From Iphione sp. A-MEVVRFRX5 (taxonomy: Eukaryota): 64,000 nucleotides of DNA. Made by a program: the position numbers and the translations under genes. Within the stretch, counting starts at the first letter, position 1, and every line of letters begins with the position of its first letter. The notes below the pieces were generated by a model that worked only from the letters and a program-made list of their open reading frames with translations, was not told where the DNA came from and did no database searches. The stretch is from positions 54,438,001 through 54,502,000 of the forward strand of contig OZ320315.1 in NCBI GenBank assembly GCA_976226885.1, written 5' to 3'. Below are positions 38,436 to 51,340 of this stretch, piece after piece.

Positions 38436-39889
38436 CTTCCTGAAGAAAGGGTTTAGGGGTGTGGAACCCAAAGCACCAAACAACACCAAGCTGACAGTGG
38501 GCCTCCCATGTCACCATACCGGGAAGATCAGACAGACATGCCAGATTTTGATACTGGAGGTCCTGACTTTGGAATGCACATGAATTCTGTGCCTAGAAGG
38601 AAGAGGCAACAGACCATTGACTCTAGTTTTAGTCCTGAATCCCTAACGATGGAAGTTGACTATTATGCAGACAATGAGGCAACAACTTGGATCTATGAGC
38701 TTTCCGAATGGTAGAGTGCATTCAGGTCACCATCCGAAGTGATAATACCTTCCTATTCATTGGATGCATGTGGACACATTGCAGAATTGCACTTTTACAA
38801 TTTTGAGGCAGAATTAGAGGATCTTGATATTGCCTGTGACTTCCTGGAAGATTTATTGTGGGACTGGGAGGACAAGTACTCTGCCCTTGTTGCCCATCAT
38901 TGTCCAAACATCTTCAAGATGTCAGTATGAGATGTCACAAGCCAGGAACTGCAGACTGGTGCTGGACCAATACGTGGCAGAGTGGCAGCAGAAGTCACCT
39001 TGATGCAGGAGATGTGGTTGGGAAGCAGGGAGGGCTTCCCCGGGGTGGGCTCAAGTTTTGGTGGTAAGTGGCACTAGACTCTTGCCTTCTGTCTATTAGC
39101 AAACACATATAAGACTAGTCTGATGTTGTTTGTAGCAGGAGGGTGTGGTTATTTCACTGAGGCCTACGTTATTTGCAGTTGGCAAAAGAAACAACACTAT
39201 AATTTAGTCTCAAAAGCATGTATTGAAATGTTTTTGTGGTTGTACTGACTGCTCATTGCTTTGTATAACAGTTGCATCAAACTATTCACTTCCATTGCCT
39301 TAAACCCTCTACAGATGTCACAAGGCCACCACATGTCCGGGCATCTGTTGGGTGAGGGAGAGGTGCAGCCAGTACAACACCTCAGCCTCCACATGCTTCA
39401 GCTTCTACTGTCCATCCTCCCAGGTCTTATGCTCCTGTCCCTTTGACGTCCAGTGGGTGTCCGCCACATATACAAGTACCATTACAGGAAACTGTATCCG
39501 AACTTCCTAGCACACAGCAGCTTGGTATGTAAACCTCCGTATTGTACCTTGTTAGGACACCTCTACGCAGTATCTTTTGTGACATGAAATAATAGGACGG
39601 GCTGCAGTTGGGCAGAGAGGGGGGCCTAGAGGTTCTTATAGTATCCCATGAGAATGTTAGTTCCTAAATGTCTGTGTGGAGGAGGAAGTGAAACATATGA
39701 TCACCTTTAGGTAACTTGAATGGACACGAGCACAACCTTTTTCCCATAACATATGGATAAGCATGTTTGGGATTAGATGGAAGAACAGTGCAGGATACAG
39801 CTTGGGATAATTTGTTACATTAGATTGGAACTTGAGGTACACAGCACATTAGCTATAATGTCCCTATCCCTTTTTTAAGCAAATATACT

Positions 39890-40190
39890 AGAGGCATCTG
39901 GCTCTGAATCAGACAGCACTAGGCCCCCATCACAGACTACAGCAGCAGGCTTGACAAGGTGCAGCCAAGGAGGTAGGTGCAGAGTGACCCAGTCAGCCTA
40001 CAAGAACAGGGATGCTTTACTGAAACTTGAGGTCAAGAAAGCCAACACACAAAAAGAAATGATGTCCAGTGAAGCAAAGCACAAGAAGGATATGGCCAAG
40101 AAGGAGGAGCAGGTTTTGTATGCAAAGCTTGCTTTGCTTAAGAAGAAGGCAGATTTGATTGAGAAGCAACTGAACTCGACAAACAAACTT
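39890..40190 (+). pseudogene. Coiled-coil exon, likely the C-terminal part of the Myb/SANT-type gene
   Basis: LLKLEVKKANTQKEMM..EEQVLYAKLALLKKKADLIEKQL ending at a GTAAGT donor; same strand as the Myb-like exon. Confidence 0.5.
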
Positions 40191-40899
40191 GTAAGTACGT
40201 ACATTTTTACATTGTTTTACATATTCAACAATGCAACTGCCATCAAAGACATTTTCTAAGAGTTGCTTGCAATAGAACAATAGAGATGCAGCTGGTAACT
40301 GTTGACATGTTAAGTGTCAATGACTATGCTATCCACTTCTCGGGATTTTTATGTCAAATTAAGTTCTAGGTTCTAATTACTACCCTCAGATTATCAATTA
40401 TCATACGTATACCTCACTTCTACCATCTCATGGTGCATTACATCCTTTCTGTGGTGGAGAAAGGCTTTTAGGTTAGAGATATAGTAGTACAAAGTATACT
40501 TAATAAATAAGCCCAAAAAAGCTGACACCTTCAAGCTGTTGTATGCTAATTACTTTCAGGATATTTTCATTCTTCCACCACATAACGCACTGGTTTCTAT
40601 TTACTATTAGCTTAAACAAGTCAACAGGACCCCAGCACATGTGCCAGCCAGTGCCTCCCAACTACAACTAGCCAACATATGATGTCACCTCTCGGACCAG
40701 CCCTCCCAGTGAGCACAAGCCCATCACAGTTCTTCACACACCTGGGAATGTGAAGTTTTTGCACAGTACCAGAACTATTTTATTAACATTTTTTTATCTG
40801 TTAACTTTCAACTATCATGTCCTGTAAAGAAGTAGGTTAGTCTGAGGTATCTCTACACCTCAAGTGATTTTTAATACAGTTTTCAAACACTTTCTTACA

Positions 40900-43800
40900 T
40901 TGTACGTATCCAAGACTTTCGGTTGAATCGAGGATAAAATGTGTAGTCTGGGTGTGAATTTAATTACAAAGAGTTAAAGTGAAAGAAAATGCCAATTTAG
41001 GTTCTAGATAGGGATATGAATGGATACGTATGTTCCAGTAAGTCGCATATATGTTATGTCAGTAAGTAGTGAACAATTAGGCCCACTTTGTGTCTGGCAT
41101 TAAAGCCACATTCTCTTAGCGAAAGTAAGTAGCTGCATACAAGTCCTGGTAGTCCTTGTTTAATTGTAAACCCTCCGTGTTAGAAGGGCACGGATCTCTT
41201 ACAGAGCTTAGCCTCATTCGCATTTCTGGGTTGTGCAGACATCACAAACTCAGTCAGGTGTTTGGGCGCATCAGGCCCCACAGAGTCATCCTTATCAAAT
41301 TGACTATGATAAACTCCTAGAAAACTGATAGGAGATCCATCTTCATCATCCAAAATTTCATGCAGCGTGCTTTGTCATGGAAAGAAAGATAAAGTCAATT
41401 TATTCAGCCTCAACCTCTCAATCATCATGGCGGGTCTGTTGTCACCAAGGCATACTGTCAGTAGAACCCTCAACCTAGCCACCATAGAGGCCCTCAAAGC
41501 TATAGTGCATCACCTCTGTAAATCCAGAAATTTTACCTTTCAAATTGGATCTGAGCCCGACCACTTCATCCTTAAACCCTTATAAGGGCTGGTTTGATTT
41601 GACTTGATTCTTTCATGCCCTCTTTGTGTACAACAAAGTTTTCGATGGACAATGGCATACATTAGAAACAACACACCACACGAAAACAAATAATGACAGA
41701 TTTTTACACAATCAGCTGGGTGTCATCACACATTGGAAGTTTGACAAAGACTACATTTACTATGGGATATGATGATCCCCTCGCAGCACTCATCATACAA
41801 CACTAGCACCTTGATCATACCTAGATACACACTTCAGTCAGCCACAACAGGTGCCGAGAAATAAGGATTGTTGTCTAGTGCAAAGACTTTTATGGGCCTA
41901 CATGTAGGCAAACACTCATCAAAGAGACATAACTTCATCGCTACTGGAGGACATAATATAACAAAACGTCCCTAGTATCAAGCAATGCAAAATGAGGAAG
42001 AATCGCTGACCAGCCCTCCAGAAAACATTAGGCTTCGTTGTCACAATGCACAGCAATGATGTTGCTGTGTTGCACCTCAGTTTCCATACGTCATATCCCT
42101 TAACTGTATCTCACCACAGCATCGATAGCCACCTGACACGCCCACTGAAGCCTTAGCAAGTCCCTTGCCCCCACAAGAATAGTGAGGTCGTCTGCATACA
42201 TAATGACCGAACATCCCTTAGGGATGAACTTCACTATTTCATCCATTACAATACAAAAGGTGTTGGGTCCAAAAATGGACCCCTGCGGGACCCCATGTAA
42301 TATGTCCCTTAGGTCAGAGTCCTTACCAAGCACTCGGACAAATTGTTTTCGGTTGGTGAAGTAGTTCTTAATCAGCCTACAGATGCTTTCACCAGCTCCT
42401 GCGTTCCTCAACCTCCTCAGGATTCCATCAGCTGGTACCAGATCGAATGCTTTACACATGTCGAACACCATTATGCAGATGTACGCTCATTTATTAAGAA
42501 GCTCAGATGCCCTAGTCAGGATAGAGACTATGGCCGTTTCTGTGCTACGTCCATGCCTAAAACCGTGTTGCTGGTTGCCAAAAAACTTTCCATCCTCCAG
42601 TTTTTGCATAAGACCACCCACAAATCAAGATTCAAAAATCTTTCCTGCGAGAGGAAGGATAGAGACGGGTCAACAATTTCTGACATTGTTCCTATCCCCC
42701 TTTTTGAAGAGGGGGGTAACCCTGGCCTGTTTCCAGGCATCCGGGTACTGTCCTGACTCCACAATCCTTGAGAAGATCAAGTGGATTAGGTCCAGTACCA
42801 GCAGGAGCAGTGGCCTCAAAATTTTGCTTGGGATGCCGTGAACACCTGAGGCCTTCTTGACCTTTTGTTTCAGTACAAAAGGTCGAAGTTCAACCAGGGA
42901 GGGCACTGCAATCTCAAACTTAGGAGAACATACAGCATTGGAGTGCACGAAAGCACCCCCAGTCGGGGCTGCCAGCTTGGCCACTGTATCAATGAAGTGG
43001 TCATTCAGCCTGCTGGCCAACGCTCACACTTCCTCAGGGCTCTTAATGTTGACGTCAGGAAGCACTGGGACCGTTGCACCTTTGCCCAGTGCTTCATTCA
43101 TCACCTCCCATATTTTGGCAGAGTCACCTCCCGCCTCACGGAGTCTGTCATGCCAATACAATTTCAGATCCACCTTTATCGCCTTCCGTACCTCCTTATT
43201 CAGGAAGTGAAAGATCCTATGTGAGTCCACACATTTTTCCACTTTCCATTTACGGAAATAATATGCACGATCAGCTATGAGCTCGAGTGTCCCCGGGGAA
43301 GGGCTGGAGCCCTCAGAATCCCATACGACTGCTACCTTTTTCTTCGGGCACATATCACTCAAGATACTTCTGGTGGCTTCCTTGAAGTTGTTCCTACACA
43401 GAGATGGGTCATCTTCAAATGAGAGACCCCTGGCACGGAGTCTTTCATGAATGACTCCGACATCAGCCTTACTCCACTGTCTGACCAACTTGGTTTCCTT
43501 AACTCTCTTCAGTGCACCCTTCCTGATCCAGATCCTAACAGGTAAGTGATCACTCAGGAACCACTGCAACTGAGTTACCTCCAGTACACCTCTATAATTG
43601 ACCCACGCATGGTCTAAGCAGTGACTGGAGTTAACCATGGTGCCACCGTGCACGAGCTGACTGAAACCCTTTGAAGAGAGAAGATCAGTGATACATGTGC
43701 CTACCCGTCCTTCGCTGTAGAAATCATAATTTAGGTCACCTGCAAGTGTTAAGTCACTTCTCTTCAATGCAAGGCACGAGTCCACTATCTTTTCAATCTC

Positions 43801-44330
43801 CCGCACCGAGTTACTCATCTTATCATGCGGAGGCCTATACAGACCTACCACTGCATGAGGTTTATGCTTGCCAATCTTTACCAATATGCCAAGTGCCTCG
43901 CAATCACTGCCATTGATTGTGAACCTTAAGACATCAAGACATCTGATGCCTTCTCTGACATAAATGGCTATGCCACCTCCATGCTTCTTATTTTTGCAAA
44001 CACTGTCCGCCCGATAAAGGTGATAACCCTTGATGGATACCTCCCCATCACTGTGCGAGGCATTTAGCCAAGACTCAGTGATGACACAGATGTCAGTGTC
44101 ATCACTATGGATAAGTCTCCTTAGGTCGTCAACCTTTTTTGAGAGGCTGCGAATGTTGTACACCACCACAGATACTCCTCACATTATGATAAATATCCCA
44201 ATACACACAACGTCCAAAGTGCAGAAGTGCCAAATTAGTAGAATGCCCAATATTCAATGTTTGATGCCCGGTCGGGCTCCCTCCCTGGTCTTGCCCAAAA
44301 CTTTTGAAAAACTCCCTTAAAACATTATCA
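40900..44330 (-). mobile_element. CR1/L2-type LINE relic: APE endonuclease + RT ORF2 (42100-44169), 3' part at ~40900-41580, interrupted by unrelated DNA at ~41590-42100
   Basis: NIRSL, ITESWL, GGGIAIYV, YRPP, GDLN, SDH (APE); WKQARVTPLFKKG, QHGFR, DMCKAFD, GVPQGS, YADD (RT). One frame with four TGA stops. Confidence 0.93.
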
Positions 44331-44579
44331 CACACAACTATATACGTCATATCGATTTGTAAGCGAAAAAATTGTGATAAGATGGCTATGACTGAGCAGT
44401 ATGCAACAACTGCTCCATCTGGTACACAATATTCTCCAAGAGGTACAGAAAATATACATGCCATCAGAAAACCATTAAGGTTAAGAATCTGTCCTAACAA
44501 TATCACAGTGTCTAACATCACCACTGTAGGCTCCTGTACCCAGGTCTTCAGGGAAAGTATAAGTTTATCCTCCGCCACT

Positions 44580-44916
44580 TGTTTGCCCTTTTCCAGGTTC
44601 ACCTAGCTCACTCCCTTCTTCATGGTAGAGGAGGACGGTATACAATCAATATCGTGAGAGGCCTCAATTACCAAACGGATCTCTTTAGGGCAATTGACTG
44701 CTGATGAAGAAATGAGCTCTGACAGCAGTGTAAAAAAAAATGAAATTGTTTGCCCTTTTCCATGTTCACCTAGCTCACTCCCTTCTTCACGGTAGAGGAG
44801 GACGGTGTACAATCAATATCGTGAGTGGCCTCAATTGCCATGGGGATCTCATGAGGGCAATCAACCACAGATGCAGAAATGAGCATTGACAGCGGTGTCA
44901 AAAAAAATGAAATTGA
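44580..44916. repeat. Tandem duplication, ~168-bp unit x2
   Basis: tgtttgcccttttcca.gttcacctagctcactcccttcttca.ggtagaggaggacgg..aaaaaaatgaaattg occurs twice. Confidence 0.9.
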
Positions 44917-46922
44917 GCTAAATCTGCACCTATTCTTCAGCAAAACAGGTGTTCACACATTGACTAGCAGCCAGGGAATACCGCCCTAGTAATGCTCCCC
45001 ACTCAATGGCAGCAGCAGGACGGGTAATAAGCGGATTCTCTACTCTTAGCAGGACATGTGAAGTCACATGACAAGGGTTAGGCAAATTCTAGCTACATTG
45101 AATTTTGCCAGGTTTAAAACAGAGAAGAGTTAAATTTTGATTCCCAAGGTTCAGCGCATGGCAGTTAAAAGGGTGAGAACTGACTATCTAAAACCAAACT
45201 TTGATGCCTCTGGGTTTCCGATCTGGCCAACTATGACTTAAGTAGGTCAAATAAATGATGAATTAAAATTTGACATATCTGGGTCGCTGATTCAGACAAT
45301 TATGGCATAAGTAGTACACGACGAATTATGACATATTTGGGTCAAAATTGATGAGTACTTGACATATGTCGGTTAAATTTGACGAACTATGACAACTGAG
45401 AGCACAGTGTGTGGGCTGAATCAAAATGGCGGCAAGCCGTATGCTCGCTGCTGCATCTTCAGGCCAACATAAACCTCATATTTAAACTATGATAGTTCTC
45501 TAATCGTATCAACAAAAGAAGCCTACTGAATAATTTTCAAAACAATAGACAAGAAATATCGTTTGAAACAGGGATGAAATAAACCGAGACATGTTCAATG
45601 TGTTTTCTCCTCGCGGAGAGACGGGGTGTGCTAGACTGCCCGTAGAACGGTTTATAGAGGGAGGTATTATCGCTGAGCCCGGATAGACTGCTTCTAAAAG
45701 CATAACTGTTAAAAGGTTAAACTTTATGTGACATATGCGAAAAAGCGAAAAAAAATGTGTAGAATTTCAGGCTGGTAATAAACGTCCACTGTGCAAGACT
45801 CGAATAAATGAGTAACAATGAGGTGGCTTCTAGAATATACCTGTTGTAACTAAAGATTTAGTCTAATCCAAGAATTACCCCCCCCCCAAAAAAAAAATGC
45901 TCTTAAACAAGTTCGGACAAGCTCGAAAAAAGAAGACTCTACAAACATGCGTATGAAATCTTTATTGCATTAAAAATGGATTGAAATCATCTGTTTGAAC
46001 ATTGATATGCGTCATGTGGTGTCGTGATAGGTATGCCAGCAGCCCGGTGTGCCGAACAAAGTAGGTGATGATTGAAATCGTGCAGCCTCATCTAATTCGC
46101 TGCTTGGGTGCTATATTGTGGTTAAGTGCCTTTTTATACGACATAAAAGAACCTGTCTCATGGTGAATACTGAATAGCTGCAACATGACTACATCGGTAG
46201 ACTTGTATTATCAGACGGGTACCTGAAGATTCATGGAACATTCTCATAAAGAACAAAAACCCCTTCAACATTGGACAAGAGCCACCTTTTTATAGCTGGG
46301 GCGTGTCTGACAGTGATGCTTGTGGTCTGACATGTTAGGACTGGTCAGGATAACTTATGCTTCACATAAAGATGAAGGAAGTTTAATTATCTCATATAAA
46401 AGATAAGAGATACTAAAAGGCACTAAGTTATTGATTAATTCCTGAGACGAAATGTAGCTCTACGAGTGGGAATAATATGCAAGCCAGTTATTTCGAAGAC
46501 TTCTTGCTCCTCAACAGAGCATAAATAGCATTAACAAGTTCACCTTTTCACTTCGTGAACGAGTATTTTATGGTTACTTTAATAACACCAAAATATAGAC
46601 TGAGTTGCTAAAGTAGTCTTAATATTTCGTATGAAAGAGATTTTTCAATGCAATCAGTATCTTAATTATGTATAAATTGATCTGAATACTTCTAGTATAA
46701 TGCAGTCAAAAATACACTTGGTTACCGTGGAGGAACAGTCATATGACCTGTAAGAATCTCAAAACTGATCGAGTATGTTCACATATGTTTATATATTGAC
46801 ACAAATAATTTATGAATCGTTGTTATTCTTATCAAAATATTCCTGTGAAATACTTGCCGATTCATCAGTAAAACTTATCAGAAGTTTTTGATTAATTATT
46901 AGTGAGAACAATACTAAAAGAA

Positions 46923-47428
46923 CGGTGGAGACCCTCAAAACGGACGCCCAGACAAAGCGGACAACCCCTCCAATGGACACTTTGAGGACAGTCCCAAACT
47001 AAATCACTATAAATCATGTTTAACAGAGCCCGAACAGAGCGGACACTCATGGACAGCGGACACCCACCTCTGGACACTTACTTTTCAGACCCAAATCCTC
47101 AATTTGGTATGTCCACAGCGGACACCCACCCTGGAGGACCTACTAGAATCCCTCGTTTGATGAGTCCCCACACATGGGAGAGGTGTGACCCTGTCCTGAC
47201 ACCCTGGAGGAACTACTCCTGTCCCTCCTTTGAGGAGTCCCCACACCTGGGATAGGGGTGACCTTGTCCTGATATCCTTATTCTTGATATTACATGTATT
47301 ATTCATCTATAATTATTGCTTACTGAAACATGATTGAATCAGTGCAGAGCTCAGCAACAGCAGACACCCCCTAGAATGGATGCTTTGAGGAGAGTCCGGT
47401 CTGTGTCCGCTGTAGAGGGGTTCCACTG
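46923..47428. mobile_element. Tc1/Tigger-like MITE
   Basis: Imperfect TIRs CGGTGGAGACCCTC and GAGGGGTTCCACTG|TA, with repeated CGGACA motifs. Confidence 0.75.
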
Positions 47429-47719
47429 TATTATATATGATGTCTTCCAACCTTCTTTTTTAAGACATAATATAATTACATATTTTTGGTTATATTATAT
47501 ACATCTTTAATATAATAAAGATTGTCTTTTGTCAATTTCTGTCATAAAAGATGATGAGAAATTCATTGTTTGTTGTATCAGGAGTCATATTTGACGATAG
47601 TACCTTCTCATCAATCATGAAAATTTCTATTTTGATGTATCCCATGATACATCAGTGATGCCAATGTACATGGTGATATACTATTTTTACATGAAATATG
47701 TATACTTAGAGATTATGAC

Positions 47720-50700
47720 AAAATGTGTTCGAGATCAATTAGGTGTGGTGCTGCAGACAGCAGTAGCATCGTATCTAGCAAGAGGAATGGCCAGCAGAGG
47801 GCTGCACCCACCTGTGTCTATATTTGGCCAGTTATGGTCTGTCGACGCCTGACCCCTGCTGTCTGCCGAAAGTTTGGACCAGCAGCACAGGGGGAGTCAG
47901 GGAGTACCCAATAACGTTTCACCAAGAATTAAAAACATGCATAACACTTAAAGAAGGGACAGATAACACTTCACCAAAAATTTATTTCTTGATCTCCCAT
48001 CACAAGAAAATGCTGAATAACACTTCATCGTGATTTGGGAGACCAAATAACGCTTCACCAAGAATTCAGAGCACCCAATAATGCTTCACCAGTATAGGTG
48101 ACATCGCCTGTAGCAGCGTGACCGATACTGACCGACACTGACCAACACTCCAACCATGTCGAAGCAGGTGGTAACCAAACAACCATCCAAGAGATCCAGA
48201 AGTGCCTAATAGAAATTACCCAAAGAATGAAGAACCTGGAATCCAGAATGGACGTAACTGTCAATAATCCAAGGCCCTGCGTACTGACTAGGTCAAAGTC
48301 GGGCCTTGGTCAGTCAACCATCACAACTGACCTTGACCGGCCGTAAGGCGGGGCAGTGGATGGGAAAGGAGACAAAGAAAAACCAGACGTCAAGGAGGAT
48401 GAGGACAAGGAGGAAAATATCGATCGTCCAATGGACATCATGCCGCCAGCAGACCTCAGGCGCCTAGGAGAATACCAGGTCCTGTACCCAGAGAATGAGA
48501 AGCCTGAGCTAAGCAAGTTGAATATATTTCAATATATATCGGGGACCCTCCACATGTACCTCAACCTCAGGTGTACATCATTCATCAACAAGAAAGTCCT
48601 TATGGAGCACATCATAGACTTTTTAGCAGATGAGGCTAGGCCTATACCCTAGTCAACACTGAAGGTCCAACAATACAAGTCTAGGACCGTTAACGCACAC
48701 CTCCATAGCAGTGACACTGGCCAGGCATCAGCTAAGGACAAGTCAGTCATTTGCCCACAGTGGATTAACTCCAAGTGCATCCATGCTTCACATCACTACG
48801 TTAGTGACTTGAAATACTTACATGTGTGTGTAGTGTGCGTTTATCTGAACAACAAGACTATCGAGCTGACACCTGTTGACTCAAGAGAGGAAGAAGCCCT
48901 CAGACACTAAGCAGTCAACACCGAACGTCGATTATGGGCAAAAACGAGACTCCGAATTTTAAAAAGCTTCTGCGCATCCCTCGACCATGGGTCTCATCTG
49001 CACCTGGACCAGGCACAAAATGACGACATTATCTATTTCCCCAATACCTTACTGACCCACTAATTCTCAAACCTGGACGTCATGACGGTGTCCAGGCTCG
49101 TCAACTGGCCCAAGGTGAATGCCTTAGGACGGCCGGCCATATGCTACGACAAGGTCCTCAACACAGGGCGCCCCAACATGTTAGAAGCCAGGGTCTAGAA
49201 GCCTAGAGTCGCAGCTGAGACTAGAAGGGTGGTACAAAGTCTTCCCCGATGACACCCCACTCCATTATTTCTTTAGGCTTGCCTTAGAATTTGGCTTTCC
49301 CCCAGGATATGTGGCACCAGACATATCCCACAGGCAGAGGAACTACCCACTAGCTGATGATGTCCGACATCATGTGGCTAACTACGTCGAGGAGGAATTA
49401 GCCTATGGTGCACTGAAGGGACCATTTGTTCACTCACCCTTTTCCAAATGGTCATCAGCCCCATCACCATGTGTCGAAAAATGACTGAAGAAAAACACAG
49501 GGTAATACTGGACATGGCCTTTAGTAAAGTAAATGACCATATCCCAACCCATCAGTATTTCGATGTAACGTATAAATTACACCTACCCTGCACGTATGAT
49601 TTGGTAAGGCTGATTCCAAGAGAAGGTAACTATGCCTTTTTGTGGTCCATAGATCTTAGGCAGGCATACAGAAATTTTTGCACTGACCCGCTTGACTGGC
49701 CCCTGCTTGGCCTAGAGTTCGACGGTTCACTGTACTATAATAAGAGTTTATCGTTTGGCACAAGGCTCAGCAGCATGTTTATGCAAACAATATCTGAACA
49801 TGTTATCTCTCAAATTTTTCTTGCATCCTACACATGAAAGCTCTAGCGTATCTGGACGATTATGTATTTGTCACAATTGAAGGGGATCCAGAACAGGCCT
49901 ACAACACACCCATTAAATATCTGGAGAGTCTATGCCACCCAATCTCATTCCACAAATGTGTTAAACCTTGTAAAAGAATCAAATGCTTAGGTGAAACCTT
50001 TGATGTGACCCATAAACACTAACAATCCCATGCAAAAAGGTACAGGAGGCACCACATGTGTAAATAAATGCTGAAATGTAGCGAATGTAATGTTAAAAGG
50101 TTCCAACACCTCCTGGGTTTAGTAAACTACATATCAAGATGTGTCCCATCAGCCCGTCTATTTCTGGGCAGAATCCTCGAGGAGTATCGTCTGACACTGG
50201 CAGATGCCAGGAAACAAGTGTGTATCACTAGAGAAGTAGCAGATGACTTGCATTGGTTCGTGCGTTTCTTACATTCATTTAATTGGCATCCCAATGTTCC
50301 CTATATACAGTGGAAACTCTATTTGCGACCACCACTCTGGTCCAAGTTAAAATGTTCGTAATAGCATGAATGGTTTGCAATCGAAAATTGTTAACTATAG
50401 AAAATATTTTTGTTCCAACCTCAGGTTGTCGTAATAGCAAGAATAGTAGTAAATAGAAATGATTATAATTAGAGACTCTACTGTACAAATATGATGATAA
50501 ACTATACTGTGATGCATGTCTATAGGCTTTGGTGCCCATTCTGACGCCTTCTTTTATATGATCCCAACCCCAAGGTTTCTAGAAGATTAACACATCTCTC
50601 GGTTGGAAGCCTTTAATGTTGCCTTAGCCGTCACAATGCTAGCCATGTCTAGTCAATCTCTGTCTATTCAAGTGTTTTGTGATAACTCTGCCACTGTACA

Positions 50701-50745
50701 GATATTCTCTACTGGGAAAGGGAGAAACCAATACATATTGAGTGA
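47720..50745 (+). mobile_element. DIRS/Ngaro-type tyrosine-recombinase retrotransposon relic (gag, RT, RNase H; recombinase absent)
   Basis: Gag-like ICPQWINSKC..H..YLHVCVVC; RT FGFP, YVEEELAYGALKGPF, RVILDMAF, IDLRQAYR..DWPLLG, LSFGTR, YLDD; DLHWFVRFL; RNase H CDAC, LEAFNV, FCDNSATV. Confidence 0.88.
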
Positions 50746-51340
50746 CCCCAATCATCAATCTTAGGAAGGGGGTACATGTTCATTTTGGTCACCTTGTTTA
50801 GGCTTCAGTATTCAATACAAAATCTCCACCCACTGCCTTTTTGTGTACTAATACAACTGGGAAGGCTGGTGGAAGGCTTCAACACTCCCTTTTTTATCAT
50901 CACCTCCACCTCTTGTTGCATGACCTTCCGCTTCTCAGGAGGGAGTCATTGAACCCTCTGTCACAACAGCGGGTGTTCTTGAGTGTCAATTCCATGAGCA
51001 TCAGTTTTTTCTGAGGGCTCTCCATCCTCTTGAAACACACCAATACAGTACTGTAGCATCGCTTCAATGTCTCCTCTCTGTTCCCGGGAGAGCAAGGTGA
51101 GCAGGTTGCTTGCTAGGTATTCCACCACTGATGATACCCATGCCAACAAGCTGGGAGGGGCACCTTCCCCAACGTCTTTTACCAACCCCACTGATGATGC
51201 CCAGCCAACTACTGTCCCGTTGCTCAGCTGAATCCATGAACATCCAGGGTTGCACAAGGGGAGACTCCCTCGATGGCCCTGACGGTCTGCTCCTACACCG
51301 CGTCTGCATACCCTGGGATTGGGTCACCCATTTCCTCTCC
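50746..51340 (-). pseudogene. Second Gypsy pol fragment (PR-RT linker and RT N-terminus), decayed
   Basis: HGIDTQEHPLL*QRVQ*LPPEKRKVMQQEVEVMIKKGVLKPSTS..WRFCIEY*SLNKVTKMNMYP. Confidence 0.85.

Noticed and set aside
45035..45072. SLLLAGHVKSHD, resembling a LINE-associated 2A peptide
   Set aside because: Opposite strand to the adjacent LINE and lacks the essential NPGP.
45403..45430. CACAGTG RSS/Transib-like heptamer after short tandem repeats
   Set aside because: No convincing nonamer, partner terminus or RAG/Transib coding sequence; at most an orphan transposon end.
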